A stretch of DNA of 64,000 nt from Eledone cirrhosa. Its lineage: Eukaryota. A program made the position numbers and the translations under genes. The DNA lies in the NCBI GenBank assembly GCA_964016885.1, contig OZ024742.1, positions 107,818,001 through 107,882,000 on the forward strand, given 5' to 3'. The notes beneath the pieces were generated by a model that was given only the letters and a program-made list of their open reading frames with translations, made no database searches and was not told the origin of the DNA. Below are positions 10,721-23,130 of the stretch, piece by piece (positions within the stretch are counted from its first letter, which is position 1; each line of letters opens with the position of its first letter).

Positions 10721-10776
<56 letters not shown>

Positions 10777-10992
10777 GGCACCCTACGTAGGAAATCGTAT
10801 CATCGTGAGCTCCGCAAAGGTTTGTTGTTTTCGTTTGTTTAAAATTGCCATTTATAGAAAGTTTTTGTTGTTAACTGTTTATAAGGTCACAAAATTTGCT
10901 TTCAGAAAAGGACACTCAAAAAGATTGGGGCCTTGAGCCCAAAATTTAAACTTTTATAATTATCAAACAAAAAATTTCTTTGAAAAAAAATC

Positions 10993-12884
10993 ATGGACGA
11001 CTCACAGTCACACCTTCCTCACAAACTAACACCTCACACCGACACCACCATTGTACATATTACTACGTTTGCCAACACTAAAAATATAAGCAGTAGCAAT
11101 AATTTAAATTTGTCTCATACAGACATTCATTTCCCGCCATTACAAATGACTGCAGGTGTTGAAGCCGCCACCCCCACCACAGCGACAACAGAAACAAAAG
11201 AACAAAATAAATTATCTCGTGACATCGAAATGGATTCACCCAGAATGGACTCTTCCACACCGAACACCACTGACACCACCACCACCACAACTGAAACTAA
11301 AAATAACAATAACAAAATAACAATAACAACAACAGCAACAACAACAACAATCAGAATAACATCGTGTCAATTGCGAAGGCAGCCAAAAAATGCGAAACAA
11401 TCCAGGTAACTCAGGAGGAATTAGATGAAGCCAAGAGAATGGTAAAGAAAGATGGGTACAGGGTCAGCCTCAACCCCCACCATATAAAATGGAGCATCGG
11501 CGCCTATGCACCATGTCTTATCGGACGATTAACATAAAATCACGCCGAGTAGAATGGGCATCCGAGTCCCAAATCCCAAAAGCTTTGGGACATGTGTGGG
11601 CAAAAAGAAACCCACATCAGACGTGAGCAGAAATCTGGAACCGTGGACGTGTTCTTTGGAACACCACAGGAGGCCAGAGAACACTCCATGGTCCCATTAA
11701 GAAGTAACGACTTCACACTCGTCCCAAGCTATTGTGGCCAGAGACTCGTGAAGATCAGGGTGACCCACGTTCCCCGGCCATCGAAATTCACTGGCTAATG
11801 GCTGCCGCCATCGCCGGCATCGAGGCCAACACCAAGATAATCGAAATAGCAAAAGAAAAGCAGGAGAACTGGTCCGGATCGGGATGGAGCTCCTGATCCA
11901 AGCGGACAAAAAAGCATTGAGGAAATCCCAGAGGTAATAGACCTCACTGACGGCAGCCACCTCACCGTAAACGTTGAGGGCAGAAGGCCTAGGTGTGTCG
12001 TTTGTGGTGAAGGAACCCACCTAAGGGCTTTTTGCCCTCAGGCTAAAAGGTTGAGGCCACCTCTCTTATCCACCACAGTGACTCAACCATCAACACCACC
12101 AGCAGCAGAATGGCAGCAACAACTATAGCAACAACAACAGAAGCAACTAGAACAGCAACAACCCCAGCAACAGTAGCAAAACCAACACCACCACCACCCA
12201 ACGCACCAGAACTAGCACCAGCGCCTACACCATCCACCATGCCACAACCAAAACTAACGCCTGTGGGGGATGTTCCACTCCCCGACCTAGTATCAGGAAA
12301 CGGTATCAGGAAAAAAGAAAAAAAAGAAAAAGAAGCCAAAAAAGAAAAAAATTCTCTTCCTTCCTCCTCCAAAAACAAAATACAGAGGGAAACAAATAAA
12401 CTATCAAACAAAAAAGTTAGGACAGCTATGCCACCAACCACATCAGCATCACCAACCCCATCACCACTAACACCATCACCATCACCATCATTAACCCCAA
12501 CACCACCATCACTAACACCACAAAAGTCACCAAAAAGCGAAACAGAAACAAACCCACAACAAACGCAAACAAAACAACCAAAACGATACGCACTACACAG
12601 CATTAAATTTGAACAACAACCAATTATTACACTACATCCAACACAACACCAGCATCACAGAAAAAGACTACACAACAACCCAAAAGTTCACACCACCCCC
12701 ACACATACAAATCACTCGCATCACACAGAAAACGTACACGTCACTAAAACAAATATTCCCCAAAGACATCGGAAACTTCCGACAAACACTCTCCTGGAGG
12801 ATTTATAAGGACATCCTTCCGGAGGAGGCCACAAGCAGTGAAAAGGATGGACAAACCATCCTTTCTCTACGAGAAGTAAGGTAA
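10993..12884 (+). pseudogene. Second-lineage Tx1 ORF1, frameshifted
   Basis: Pieces read KCETIQVTQEELDEAKRMVKKDG, LVPSYCGQRLVKIRVTHVP, RPRCVVCGEGTHLRAFC and ...ILSLREVR*, homologous to copy 2 ORF1 but spread over several frames. Confidence 0.85.
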
Positions 12885-12918
12885 GTGGTCTTTCCACTCT
12901 TTTCCACTCCATTTCAAC

Positions 12919-15900
12919 ATGACCTCACTCAGAATAGGCAGCATAAATGCGCGTGGCTTGGGGTCGTCATGGAAGCAGGGCCACCTGCTCAACGACCTCA
13001 GGTCACTAAACATAGATGTAGTGGCCATCAGCGAGACCAGAATCTCCGAAACGCGGGGCTTCGCACTGATCTTCGGCGGCTACGATGTGTACGCATCTCC
13101 CAGCCGTCCGGGATCGGGAGGAGGAGTTGGTGTGCTTTTTCGGAGAGGTTTGGATCTTGCCATACGGGCCATCTTCCTGGACCTAGAAGGTAAGTTGGTG
13201 GTGCTGGACGTGACCAGCGGAGATGGGCAAGCTTTCAGGCTAGTGGCCGTCTATGCCCCGACAGGAGCAGGGCGGCCTGATTTCTTCCGGCATCTGGAGA
13301 CCTTTCTTGGAACGTCCCGCTCTTTAGTGTTAGTGGGCGACTGGAACGGGATCTTAGATGCACGCTGGGACTGTGTGGTATTAGCCTCACCAACCTGCTC
13401 AGGCGTTTTGAACTGTCTGACAGGTACCGATTGGATTTCCCGAATGTGCCAATGTGGACTTGGACAAATCGCATAGAGTCATCCAGATCATATCTAGATA
13501 GAGTATTTTATAGGGAAATAGATAGGTCTAGCATAGGCTGTCCACAATTCAAGATAGTCAGCTACACGGACCACAAATTCGTGATCTGTGTGCTTGACTT
13601 AGATAGGTTTCATAGACGAGGACCCAGCTACTGGAAGCTAAACGCGTCCTTACCAGCGCGCAAGGCCTACAGAGACCGGATTAGGGAACTAGTTAAGCGG
13701 GCGTTGACGGGGGCCATCGTCAACAAGTGGTGGTTTGCTCTGAAAAGAACGATTAGAATAGAATCCATTAGGTTTAGTAAGGCTTTAGCAATAGAGAAAA
13801 ATAGAGCAGAGGGAGAACTAGTTAGAAAGTTAGACGAGGCGCTTAGCAAAGGCATCGCGACCGACGTGCTTGCTGCGAAATTGGCCCTTGACCAATTCTT
13901 CAATGCAAAGCACGAAGGCTGCGTTGTCAGAGCTAGGGTGCGTGCTCTCAGACACGAGGGGACGAAAGCCGTTCAATGGGCCCGAGTGGCGGAGGCGCGT
14001 CGTGGCAACAAAGCCACGATCCGGTCTTTGGTGGACCACGACGGGCGCATGCTACTCGATCCCGGGAAAATGTGTGAAGCTTTTCAGCGACACTTCACTC
14101 AGCTGTTCGGGGGCAGCGGTGGGCCGCGTCGAGGGATGGACTTTAGTGTCTACCTCGACGGACTGCCGCGGCTCTCGACCACTGAGGCGGAGTGTTGCGA
14201 AAAGCCGATCACAGCCGCTGAAGTAAGGGAGGCAATGACTGGTTGCCCAAGGGGTAAATCGCCTGGTTTGGATGGTCTGCCCTATGAACTTTACGTACAG
14301 ATGCCAGACTTGTTCGGAGGCCTCTTGGCGGACGTCTACTGCAACTGGCAACAGAACGGGAGAATTCCCAGTTCTGTGAGCCGAGGAGCGGTGGCACTGC
14401 TGAGAAAGGATCCGAACAAGGGGGATCACATAGATAATTTCCGGCCCATAACTCTGCTAAACACAGAGTTCAAGATTTTGGCCAAGGTGCTAGCAAAGAG
14501 GTTGGCGCTTGTCGTTGGTGGTCTGGTGGGAGAGGCGCAGACATGCCCCCATTCCCGACAGATCCATCCACGACAACCTCCACCTCATGCGATACATCGT
14601 AGAGAGGGTAGCTAGGGAACCTGGCACGGGTGGGTCCTTGATCAATTTAGTTCAGTCGAAAGCTTTCGATAGGGTCGACCATCGTTACCTAGCGGCAGTC
14701 CTGAGGGCGGCTGGCTTTGGGCCCGTCTTCAGAGGCTGGATCGCTGCCATGCACAGCGACATCTGCTCTGTGGTGAGAGTGAACGGTCACCTTTCGGAAC
14801 CGTTCAACATCATGCGCTCGGTCCACCAAGGATGTCCCCTCTCGTCCCTCTTGTACGTATTGACTCTCGAGCCATTACTGCACAAACTGGAGACGTTGAG
14901 GGGCGACTCGCGCGAACTAGGATGCGGAAGATCCGTGTCAGCATATGCGGACGATGTCACCGTAGTGGTGTCGAACGCCAAGCACATCGAGGCGATCGGT
15001 ACTACACTAACAAAATACGAAGCGGTGACAGGAGCAATGATCAACCAGGAAAGGTCAGTGGGCCTGCAGCTCGGCACCTGGAGAGGCAGGTCCATGCCGT
15101 CCAACAGCGTCGTCGGACGCTGGACGGACGGACCGGTTAAATTGCTAGGGGTCTGGGTCGGTCCGGACCTCCAGACGGACAAAAACTGGGACGAGGTGAC
15201 GAGCAGGGTGGCTTCTCTCACCCAGAAATGGGCCGAGAGGAAGCTATCCCTGAAAGGTCGAGCGGAGGTGGCTAACGCGTACATCGCGTCTGTCATCTGC
15301 TACCGCCTAACCGTCGTACCTTGTCCTAAGCCTCGCCTGACTGCGCTGGAGCGTTTACTCTTTCGCTTTTTGTGGAAGGGACGCGCTCCGATGGTCAGGC
15401 GGTCCATCTGTTGTCAACATCCGCTACGTGGAGGGCTGGGCATGCCGTGGATGCTGATGCACAGGCACGCGCTCAGGCTACGACATCTCCACCTCTTCCT
15501 CGACGGTGATCAGGTGTGGTCGCCGTTTGTTAGACACGTATTTCCCCAGCTCGTTTCCTTGACGGAGCTGCAGTCCTGGGTCAAGCGAAGACCAAGAGGG
15601 AGCGCCTGGAGACTGGAATGTCTTCAGGCGCTCACAGCCCTCGACCAATCGGGCAATGTGATCGGTGGAAACTCCACCTCGGCGTTCTATAGAGGATTAG
15701 TGGAGGGGAAGAGCGACGACGTACTTGGGGAAACTCTAGGCGTCGACGAAAATCAACTAGCCAATCTCTTCGGAAGAACTTTCGGGCCGGGGCCTATGGA
15801 CAACTTCCAGAAATCTCTGGCCTGTCAGTGCTACCGAGGAGCCTTGCCAGTTCGGGATAAACTCTACAGGCATGGAGGTGCCGTCAGCCGGGCATGTCCG

Positions 15901-16311
15901 AGATGCGCGCAGGGCGACGAAACCGTCCTGCACGCACTCGTCCAGTGTCCGAAAATTGCTGACTTGTGGGTTTATGTGGAACACCTGCTGTCGCGTTTAG
16001 GACGGATCCGGCTATCATCTGAGTCCATCGTGAGGATTGCCCCGCCCTCCTCCTTTAGCCGGGAAGGGCAGGCAGTTTTTATCTGTCTGGTGGCCATGGC
16101 GAAAGAGATAGTATGGTGGACACGTTTGAAAGGGCTGAAGACGAGCACTTACCTCTTCGGTGATGCTCTGATTGACTTTTTCAAATTTCATTTGAAAAGG
16201 AAAATCAGAGTAGAGAGGGAAGTGCTCTCTTCCCAGCATTTTGTTGAAAGATGGGTGAGAGAAGCAAGAATGGCCCGAGTGAATGGGCCTACTCTGAGCA
16301 TATATCTGTAA
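12919..16311 (+). pseudogene. Tx1 ORF2, frameshifted
   Basis: 25-bp deletion at ~13385, 3-bp deletion at ~13722 and +1 at ~14547 (net -27 vs copy 2). RT motif DQSKAFD has become VQSKAFD. Confidence 0.92.
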
Positions 16312-16597
16312 ATTAAAGGTGGAAAACTGGGAGAGGGCACCTGCCTTGGTGGTCAGGGTCATTGTGGCTTTTTACTGGGCTTTCTCCACAAATGTCCCTC
16401 CGAAGTCTCCCCCCTATTGGGGAATTTTTCATTGTTATTTTTTGTTACATCCTCTGTTTTTGTTTTTTACACGCAGAAATGCCCATTTGTACCGTCCTGC
16501 ATTGTCCTGCACTGTTTTAATGTCTACTTTATGTAAACCCTTGTGGTTAATAAAGAAATCATTATTATTATTATTATTATTATTATTGTTATTATTA

Positions 16598-16720
16598 GGG
16601 CGGTGGATTTGTAGGATCGGTAGAGCGTCAGAGAACATGATTTTCAGCATAGAGTTAATCGACTTTCCCCTCCCTGAAAATTGCTGGCATTGTGCCTAAA
16701 TCAGAAACCATTATTATTAT
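16598..16720 (+). mobile_element. tRNA-derived SINE (family A), internally deleted
   Basis: Head GGCGGTGGATTTG..TCGGTAGAGCGTC and 3' end CATTGTGCCTAAATCAGAAACC(ATT)n match the complete copies (e.g. 57652-57848). Confidence 0.75.
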
Positions 16721-17253
16721 AATTACACCTGCTGACCTGATATGTACTACGCGAATTTAATGATCGAATGAAAATTACTTTCAAGTTTGAATTCCAACAC
16801 TTATAAAAATCGCATTCAACTCATGAGAACATCGCATATCTTTGCTAAAGAGAACGCATACTTCTAATAAACCGATACAATACGCGGCAGTTTTAAATAT
16901 AAACCATACTGCAGTTTGTATTGCTGTTTGTATTGAGTTCCCTTCGCAAGCGTTAGGTCATTTTTTCGATCCCACTTTGCCACATCTTGGGCAATTGTTA
17001 TTTACCATAGTCTCAGTTGCAATTCAGTCAACAGAAACTACAAGAAGTGTTTGTGCCATGGAGCTTTAACTTCACGCGGTGTCGTAGGGGCCTCCAAACC
17101 TGGCGAAGTACATCACTTTCCAAGTTTGAAGCCAAACGATTTCTTCTAGAGAGAGAGAAGAGGCGAGGAGTGAGAAAAAATCATAGAGGAAGAATTTATC
17201 CCAGTATTGAACTGCTACTTTTGAACCTCGAAAGGTTGAAAGGTAAAGTTGAT

Positions 17254-17330
<77 letters not shown>

Positions 17331-17569
17331 CACAAATTGGCTCTGCCAATTTTCCGATTGTCACAAGAATTATTCATTACTAATGATGAGAATCAAAAAG
17401 CGAATGCAGAGAGAGACTGCGGCAAAATTGATGTGGATTGCTTATAACTGAAGTGGAACACCTGTTACAAGAAGTATGTACGGGCTCTTGATTCGTGGCG
17501 GAGTCGCAGGTAAACTTGAACTTTTAAATCTGGCGGAGCCCATCTCTCTCCTAGTCGACTACAGCAGAA

Positions 17570-18470
17570 GACCGGGACATTTATTTTATAGGCCTAATGA
17601 AAAGCAAAATTGACCCCCGTGGGATTTGAACATAAAGCGCAAAGACCCAGAACGAATATCGAAAATCATTCTATCTGGCGTTCTAACGACTCTGCCAGTT
17701 TGACGCCTGTTACAAGACGTACAAATTATTAAGAACGAGAATCGAAAGCCGAATGCTGAGACAAAAGGCCTGAAACTTTATACATATTGATCCTAACTGA
17801 AGTAGAATGCCTGCTACAAGAAGTATAGATTAGTAATATTTTCACAGCTTCATTCAATTGATCAGAGTTAACTGTATTTGTCAAAAGAAGCCATTAACAA
17901 TTCGCTAATAATAAATCATGTAGAAGGCCAAGTTCACTGGGAAAGTCTATAATTATATTTTGATGATTATATGGCAGCTGAATTTCATTTCCCTCAACAA
18001 TAAGAATTAAATATTTCGATTACTTTCCAATATAACGAAGTATATATTTGTGCTTCACAGCCTTACATATCTCGGAGCAAATTTCAGCAGTTTTATACAA
18101 GAGCATAAAGGTGGCGAATCAGCAGAGTCGTTAGAACATAGGATAGAATGCTTGGCGATATTCATGCCGGCTATCTACGCTATTCAAATCTGCCTTTCAT
18201 TCTTTCGAGGTTGATAAGTAAATTACCAGTCCACTGCCGGGTTCGATTCTTTCTCTATTTCTCTTTCCCAATTTCTTTCTATCTCTCTCTCTCTTTCTCA
18301 CACTGTCTCGCTGGATAAAATTAGATTGCCAGAGTAATTTGAACGTTGAATAAACTGCTTTGTGCGGTTCCAGCTCTCGGTGATCTGAATTCAAATCTCA
18401 CTCAGGTTAACTTTGCCTTTTATCCATTCGTAGTCTATAAATAAAGTACCAATCCAGCACTGGAGTAGAT
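17570..18470. mobile_element. Degenerate family A SINE fragments (~17570-17710 minus; ~18105-18240 and ~18380-18470 plus)
   Basis: Partial matches to the SINE head, B-box (TTCAAATC) and TTTGCCTTT..ATCC central block. Confidence 0.6.
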
Positions 18471-18889
18471 TCTTCTTCTGTATATCTTTCTCTATTTCTC
18501 CCTGGAAGTAAATCAGCTATGTTCAGATCTGGCGAGGTTTTGTCCTTGCGCAAGATACTTTAAATAACGTTGCTGGCAAACATGACTTTTACCTGTATTT
18601 CATAGGATCGAAAAATACGCTAAGGGTTCACGTGTCTGTGTATGGACATGCTGTTCCATTGATCGAATCGACTGGAACAATCATCATCGAAGCTGAAGGA
18701 TGTCCAATATATACCAAGTTATAGCATGATTAGCATATTAATATAGGTGAGTGCTATTATTGGTACATATCAGAAACTAAATAATAAGACAGTGAACGTG
18801 ACACTGGTCATTTGAAGAACACACGAGATAGTCTTTAAAACAACGAGATTTTCACTGATGGTGTAGATAATGTGTTTACCAAGACAAAG

Positions 18890-19145
18890 CCGAGATGGTG
18901 CTGAACATTAACGTAATATCGTGGGTTTGATTCCTTAGCTGGATGGCGCGTCGTCTTATTGAGAAAAACACTTCATTTCACGTTGCTCTAGTATTCTCAG
19001 ATGAAAATTAGTACCAGCAGCATCTGGAGATTAACCCTACGATGAACTGATGTCCAATCCCACGAGGGATATATTTACTCGCGATCACTTAACGCTAATG
19101 AAACCGTGATAAGCTCTAGCCTGGAGAGCCTCTGAGCTTGGGACA
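18890..19145 (+). mobile_element. Second SINE family (CORE-like central block); related minus-strand pieces near 32960-33110 and 47690-47965
   Basis: B-box-like GGTTTGATTCC followed by TTGAGAAAAACACTTCATTTCACGTTGCTC. The family label is from recall of CORE-type SINEs. Confidence 0.5.
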
Positions 19146-19184
19146 TATTTTAAAATAAAATTAATAGAGTGTGATACAGCTTAC

Positions 19185-19299
19185 CTTTGCTCCAATCATT
19201 GTCACAAATGTTGCCATCATAACTATAGTCAAAGCCATGACATCCGGGTGTGTGTCCATCCCAGGGCCGGGAGACCATCCTAGTTTATGGTCAAGATAT
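19185..19299 (-). CDS. Internal coding exon of a host cationic amino-acid transporter-like gene (SLC7A1-4/SLC7A14 family)
   Basis: Minus strand reads TTATTTGTAG|exon|GTAAGC; 115 nt = 1 base + 38 codons YLDHKLGWSPGPGMDTHPDVMALTIVMMATFVTMIGAK, resembling the CAT-family segment YPD-hydrophobic helix-GVK. No other exon was recognised. Confidence 0.65.
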
Positions 19300-19410
19300 C
19301 TACAAATAACATAAAACATAGGGAAATATAATATGAGATATACATGTTGGACAGTCTAGTTCAATATAACATAGATCGAGAAAGAGAATATTTTAGATGT
19401 AATACTTCTA

Positions 19411-19588
19411 AAATAATAATTGTTTCTTCTTTTGGCACATGGCCAGCAATTTTTTTGGGGAAAGGAATGTCGATTATATCAACCCAGGAAGGATGAAAGG
19501 CAAAATAGAACTCAGAAAGTAAAGGGATGTAGCTATATGCCACAAAGCATGTTGACTGACGCTCTACAGATACAGCCAATCCACTGCC

Positions 19589-19590
<2 letters not shown>
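19411..19590 (-). mobile_element. Family A SINE, internally deleted
   Basis: Reverse complement reads AGGCAGTGGATTGGCTGTATCTGTAGAGCGTC...TTTGCCTTTCATCCTTCC...GGCCATGTGCCAAAAGAAGAAACAATTATT. Confidence 0.75.

Positions 19591-19647
<57 letters not shown>
19590..19647. repeat. (TAA)n microsatellite at the 5' junction of Dong copy A
   Basis: Pure TAA run; similar tracts at 23131-23189, 25003-25038 and 25900-25939 separate the elements. Confidence 0.97.
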
Positions 19648-19648
<1 letters not shown>

Positions 19649-22600
19649 GGTGAAATGGAGACTAGAACGTCATGTGACAGACTCTCACCCAACAGGTGCC
19701 CCCTGGCTCAGCAGCAGGAACCTGACTGTCAACCAAATACTGCTGATGTTGGAGGAAGGAGAAGAAGGAAAGGGGCCAGAACCAACTGGACGAAAGAATT
19801 GAATAGAACTGTTATGCAATGTTACCTGAAAAGTAACCCCAAGGAGAGGGGCTACAGGAGACGGATGCATAACATCTGGAACGAGATTGGTTTATTTAAA
19901 TTAGATGAACAAAAATTGGCCGGGCAGGCCCGGGTAATAAGAACTAATGGATGGATAAGCGAGCTGGAACTGGAGGAACTGAGCAGAGAGAATGGCTTGG
20001 AGATGGTGGGTGTAGTATGCCAGACAAGCGAGCCGGTGGGAAATGAAGGTGAAGAGGTCCTGAGAACGGAGGAACCACCCGAAGCAGACAATGATCTGAA
20101 TACTGAGATAAATAATACCTGGAACAGAGATACGGCCACTGAGGAGATGAATGCTGACGGGCTAGGACAAGATTCGGTTGACATCCTAAATTTAGTGGTA
20201 GATGAATTGAACAATGGTAGTGGGAGACCTATGAACCTAAGATTTGTAGACAGGAAAAAGTTAAAAGAAACAACAGCTAAGGTAAACAAAGTCATCCCAT
20301 ACCTTGAGGCGAGGAGCCTTCACCAGTGCAACAATATCCTCAAAGCAACAGCAAATACGGTGAGGAAACTACTTGGTATAAAAGCGAGAGGAAACAACAG
20401 ACAAGAAAGAGCAGAGCCGTGGTGGAAGAAGCGACTGAGTGGGCAAATCGGGGAAATGAGAAATGACATAGGAAAGCTTGAGTCACTACTGAATGGGACA
20501 CTAAAAAACATAGGCACTAAAAATAGACTGGAAATAAAATACAAAACTAGGAGGAAAAAGCTAAATATTATCATAGAGGAACTGAAGCAACGCATTGTAG
20601 CAAAGAGTGCAAAAATCAGGCGATACGAGAACAGAGTCAGTCAGTATAAACAGAACCGCATGTTCGACAACAACCAGAAGATGCTGTTTGGACAGCTTGA
20701 GGGGAAAGAAAGAGGCAACGACTTGATCCCTGGGGCGGAGCAAACTAAAACATTCTGGAGAGGAATATGGGAGCAGGATGTTAGACACAATACCCAGGCA
20801 GGGTGGATTGAGACAGTACAGAGGGAGATCGGTGAGCAGGCACAACAACAAACTGATTTGAGTATCACAGTTGAAACTCTTAAGGGGCAGGCCAAAAAAC
20901 TAACCAACTGGAAATCACCAGGCCCAGATGGTGTGCAGGGGTATTGGATTAAACATTTAACATCCCTCCACCCGAAGCTGACGGCCATGTTCAATGACTG
21001 CTTGGTGTCGGGTGAGGTGCCAGAGTGGTTGACAAAAGGTACCACAGTTCTGATAATGAAAGACCGAATCAAGGGTAATGATGTTACCAACTATAGACCT
21101 ATCACATGTCTGTCCGTAATGTGGAAACTGTTGACGAGCATTATGTCTGAGGAAATCTACCATCACCTCCACACAAACAACTTGTTACCGGACGAACAGA
21201 AAGGATGCCGAAAGAAGTCACGTGGTACAAAGGACCAGTTACTTATTGATAAGATGGTAATGGGGAATTGCAGGAGGAGACACACTGATCTTGCTATGGG
21301 ATGGATAGACTACAGAAAGGCATTTGACATGGTGCCTCATTCCTGGATCACCAAAAGCCTGGAGATCTTCAGGGTGGCAGATAACATCAGACAGTTGCTA
21401 GGCAGGAGTATGGGATCCTGGGAGACAGAGTTGACATCAACTGGAGTATCCTTGGGAAACGTGAAGATCAAGAGAGGTATCTTCCAGGGAGATAGCCTGT
21501 CCCCTCTGTTGTTTGTCCTTGCCCTGATGCCCTTGACCATTATGCTGCGAAAAGTGAGAGCAGGATACAAGTTGGGAAGGGGAGAGCTTACCATCAATCA
21601 CCTCCTCTTCATGGACGATCTTAAGCTCTTCGGGAAAAGTGAGAAGGAGTTGGATGTGCTTGTTGACACTGTCCGTATTTTCAGCAGTGATATATGTATG
21701 CAGTTTGGTATTGGTAAATGTGGAGTCATTGTGATGAAGAGGGGTAGGTTGAGCAGAAGTAACGGGATCCAGATACCAACAGGTGAGATGATAAAGGAAA
21801 TTGACTCTGAGGAAGGATACAAGTATTTGGGCGTTCTGGAGGCTGATGGCATAAAGAACAAAAAAATGAAGGAATTGTTAAGAACTGAATACATTCGGAG
21901 AGTAAGGAGCGTATTGAAGTCACATCTGAACAGCAGAAATGCCATAAGCGCAGTAAATTCCCGAGCTGTGTCTATTATTAGGTACAGTGCGGGAATTCTG
22001 AGATGGAATGTTGCTGAACAAAAAGAAATGGATAGGAAGACTAGGAAGCTATTGACTATCTACAACATGTTCCACAAGAGGAGTGATGTCGATAGACTCT
22101 ACCTAAGGAGATCTGAGGGTGGAAGAGGTCTTATCAGCATAGAGTACTGTGTTCAGATGGAGAAAAACAACCTATACAAATACGTGACCTATAGTAAGGA
22201 GCCAATGCTCAGAACTGTACTGAAGGAGGGGACAGTAGGCCAGGGGATGTCCAAGGAGGAAATAACATCAAGGAGGAAGAGCAGCCTTAAGGGAAAATCC
22301 CTTCATAGTACCTTCTTTGAGAAAACTGAATTTAGAGATCCACAGACATGGAACTGGTTGAGAAGAGGAGACCTCAAAAAGGCTACAGAAGGAATGCTAA
22401 TGGCTGCGCAAAAGCAGGCCCTCAAAACGAAGTGGTTGAAGCACCATATCTACAAGGAGGAGGCTAGCCCACTGTGCAGGATCTGTGGAGAGAGAGAGGA
22501 GACTGTGGCTCACATTGTGTCCGAGTGTAAACACCTAGCCCAGACCCACTATAAGGGCTGGAGACACGATGTGATGGGCAGGGGGATCCACTGGCACCTG

Positions 22601-23130
22601 TGCAAAGTAAACAATTTACCACATTCTGAGAAATGGTATGAGCATAGGCCAGAGGCGGTGATGGAGAACAATCAGGTGAAGGTGCTGTGGGATTTTAGGA
22701 TACAGACGGACAAGAAACTGGAACACAATAGACCTGACCTGGTGGTTGTGGACAAAGAAAAAAGATCGTGTCTGATTGTGGATGTGGCCTGCCCGTTCGA
22801 CACGAGAGTGCAAGAGAAGGAGAGGGAGAAAATTAACCGATACCAGGACCTAAAGTGGGAGGTGAAAAGGATTTGGAACTGCCATGAAGTCAAAGTGATC
22901 CCGATTGTCATAGGCGCACTGGGGACTATCTCCAAAAGTTTCCAGGGATGGTTAAAGAAAATCGGCCCCTTCACGCTTTTTGGAACGCTTCAAAAGGCAT
23001 GCTTGCTTGGAACAGCAAGAACCCTCCGATACGTCCTGAATATCTGAGGCTGCAGGTAGTGGCTTGATATTCAATCCAACGGACTTTCCAGTTAACCAAC
23101 ATCAATGACTGAGATTCAAGGAATAACAAC

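Larger units (their letters stand above)
4693..10776 (+). mobile_element. Tx1/L1-group non-LTR retrotransposon, copy 2, apparently full-length and intact
   Basis: Starts directly after the copy 1 (TTA)n tail; ~215-nt 5'UTR, two intact ORFs, 3'UTR with AATAAA at 10711-10716 and (TTA)n tail at 10723-10776. Confidence 0.95.
10777..16597 (+). mobile_element. Tx1 copy 3: divergent 5'UTR/ORF1 joined to the same ORF2 and 3'UTR; defective
   Basis: Begins after the copy 2 tail. ORF2 and 3'UTR are nearly identical to copy 2, but sequence upstream of ~12916 is only distantly similar. AATAAA at 16549-16554, (TTA)n tail at 16561-16597. Confidence 0.92.

Noticed and set aside
119-16699. Short antisense and alternate-frame ORFs over the Tx1 copies, including those running through 3'UTR tails
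   Set aside because: They recur only because the elements are repeated; no motifs, and poly-Leu/Asn comes from (TTA)n.
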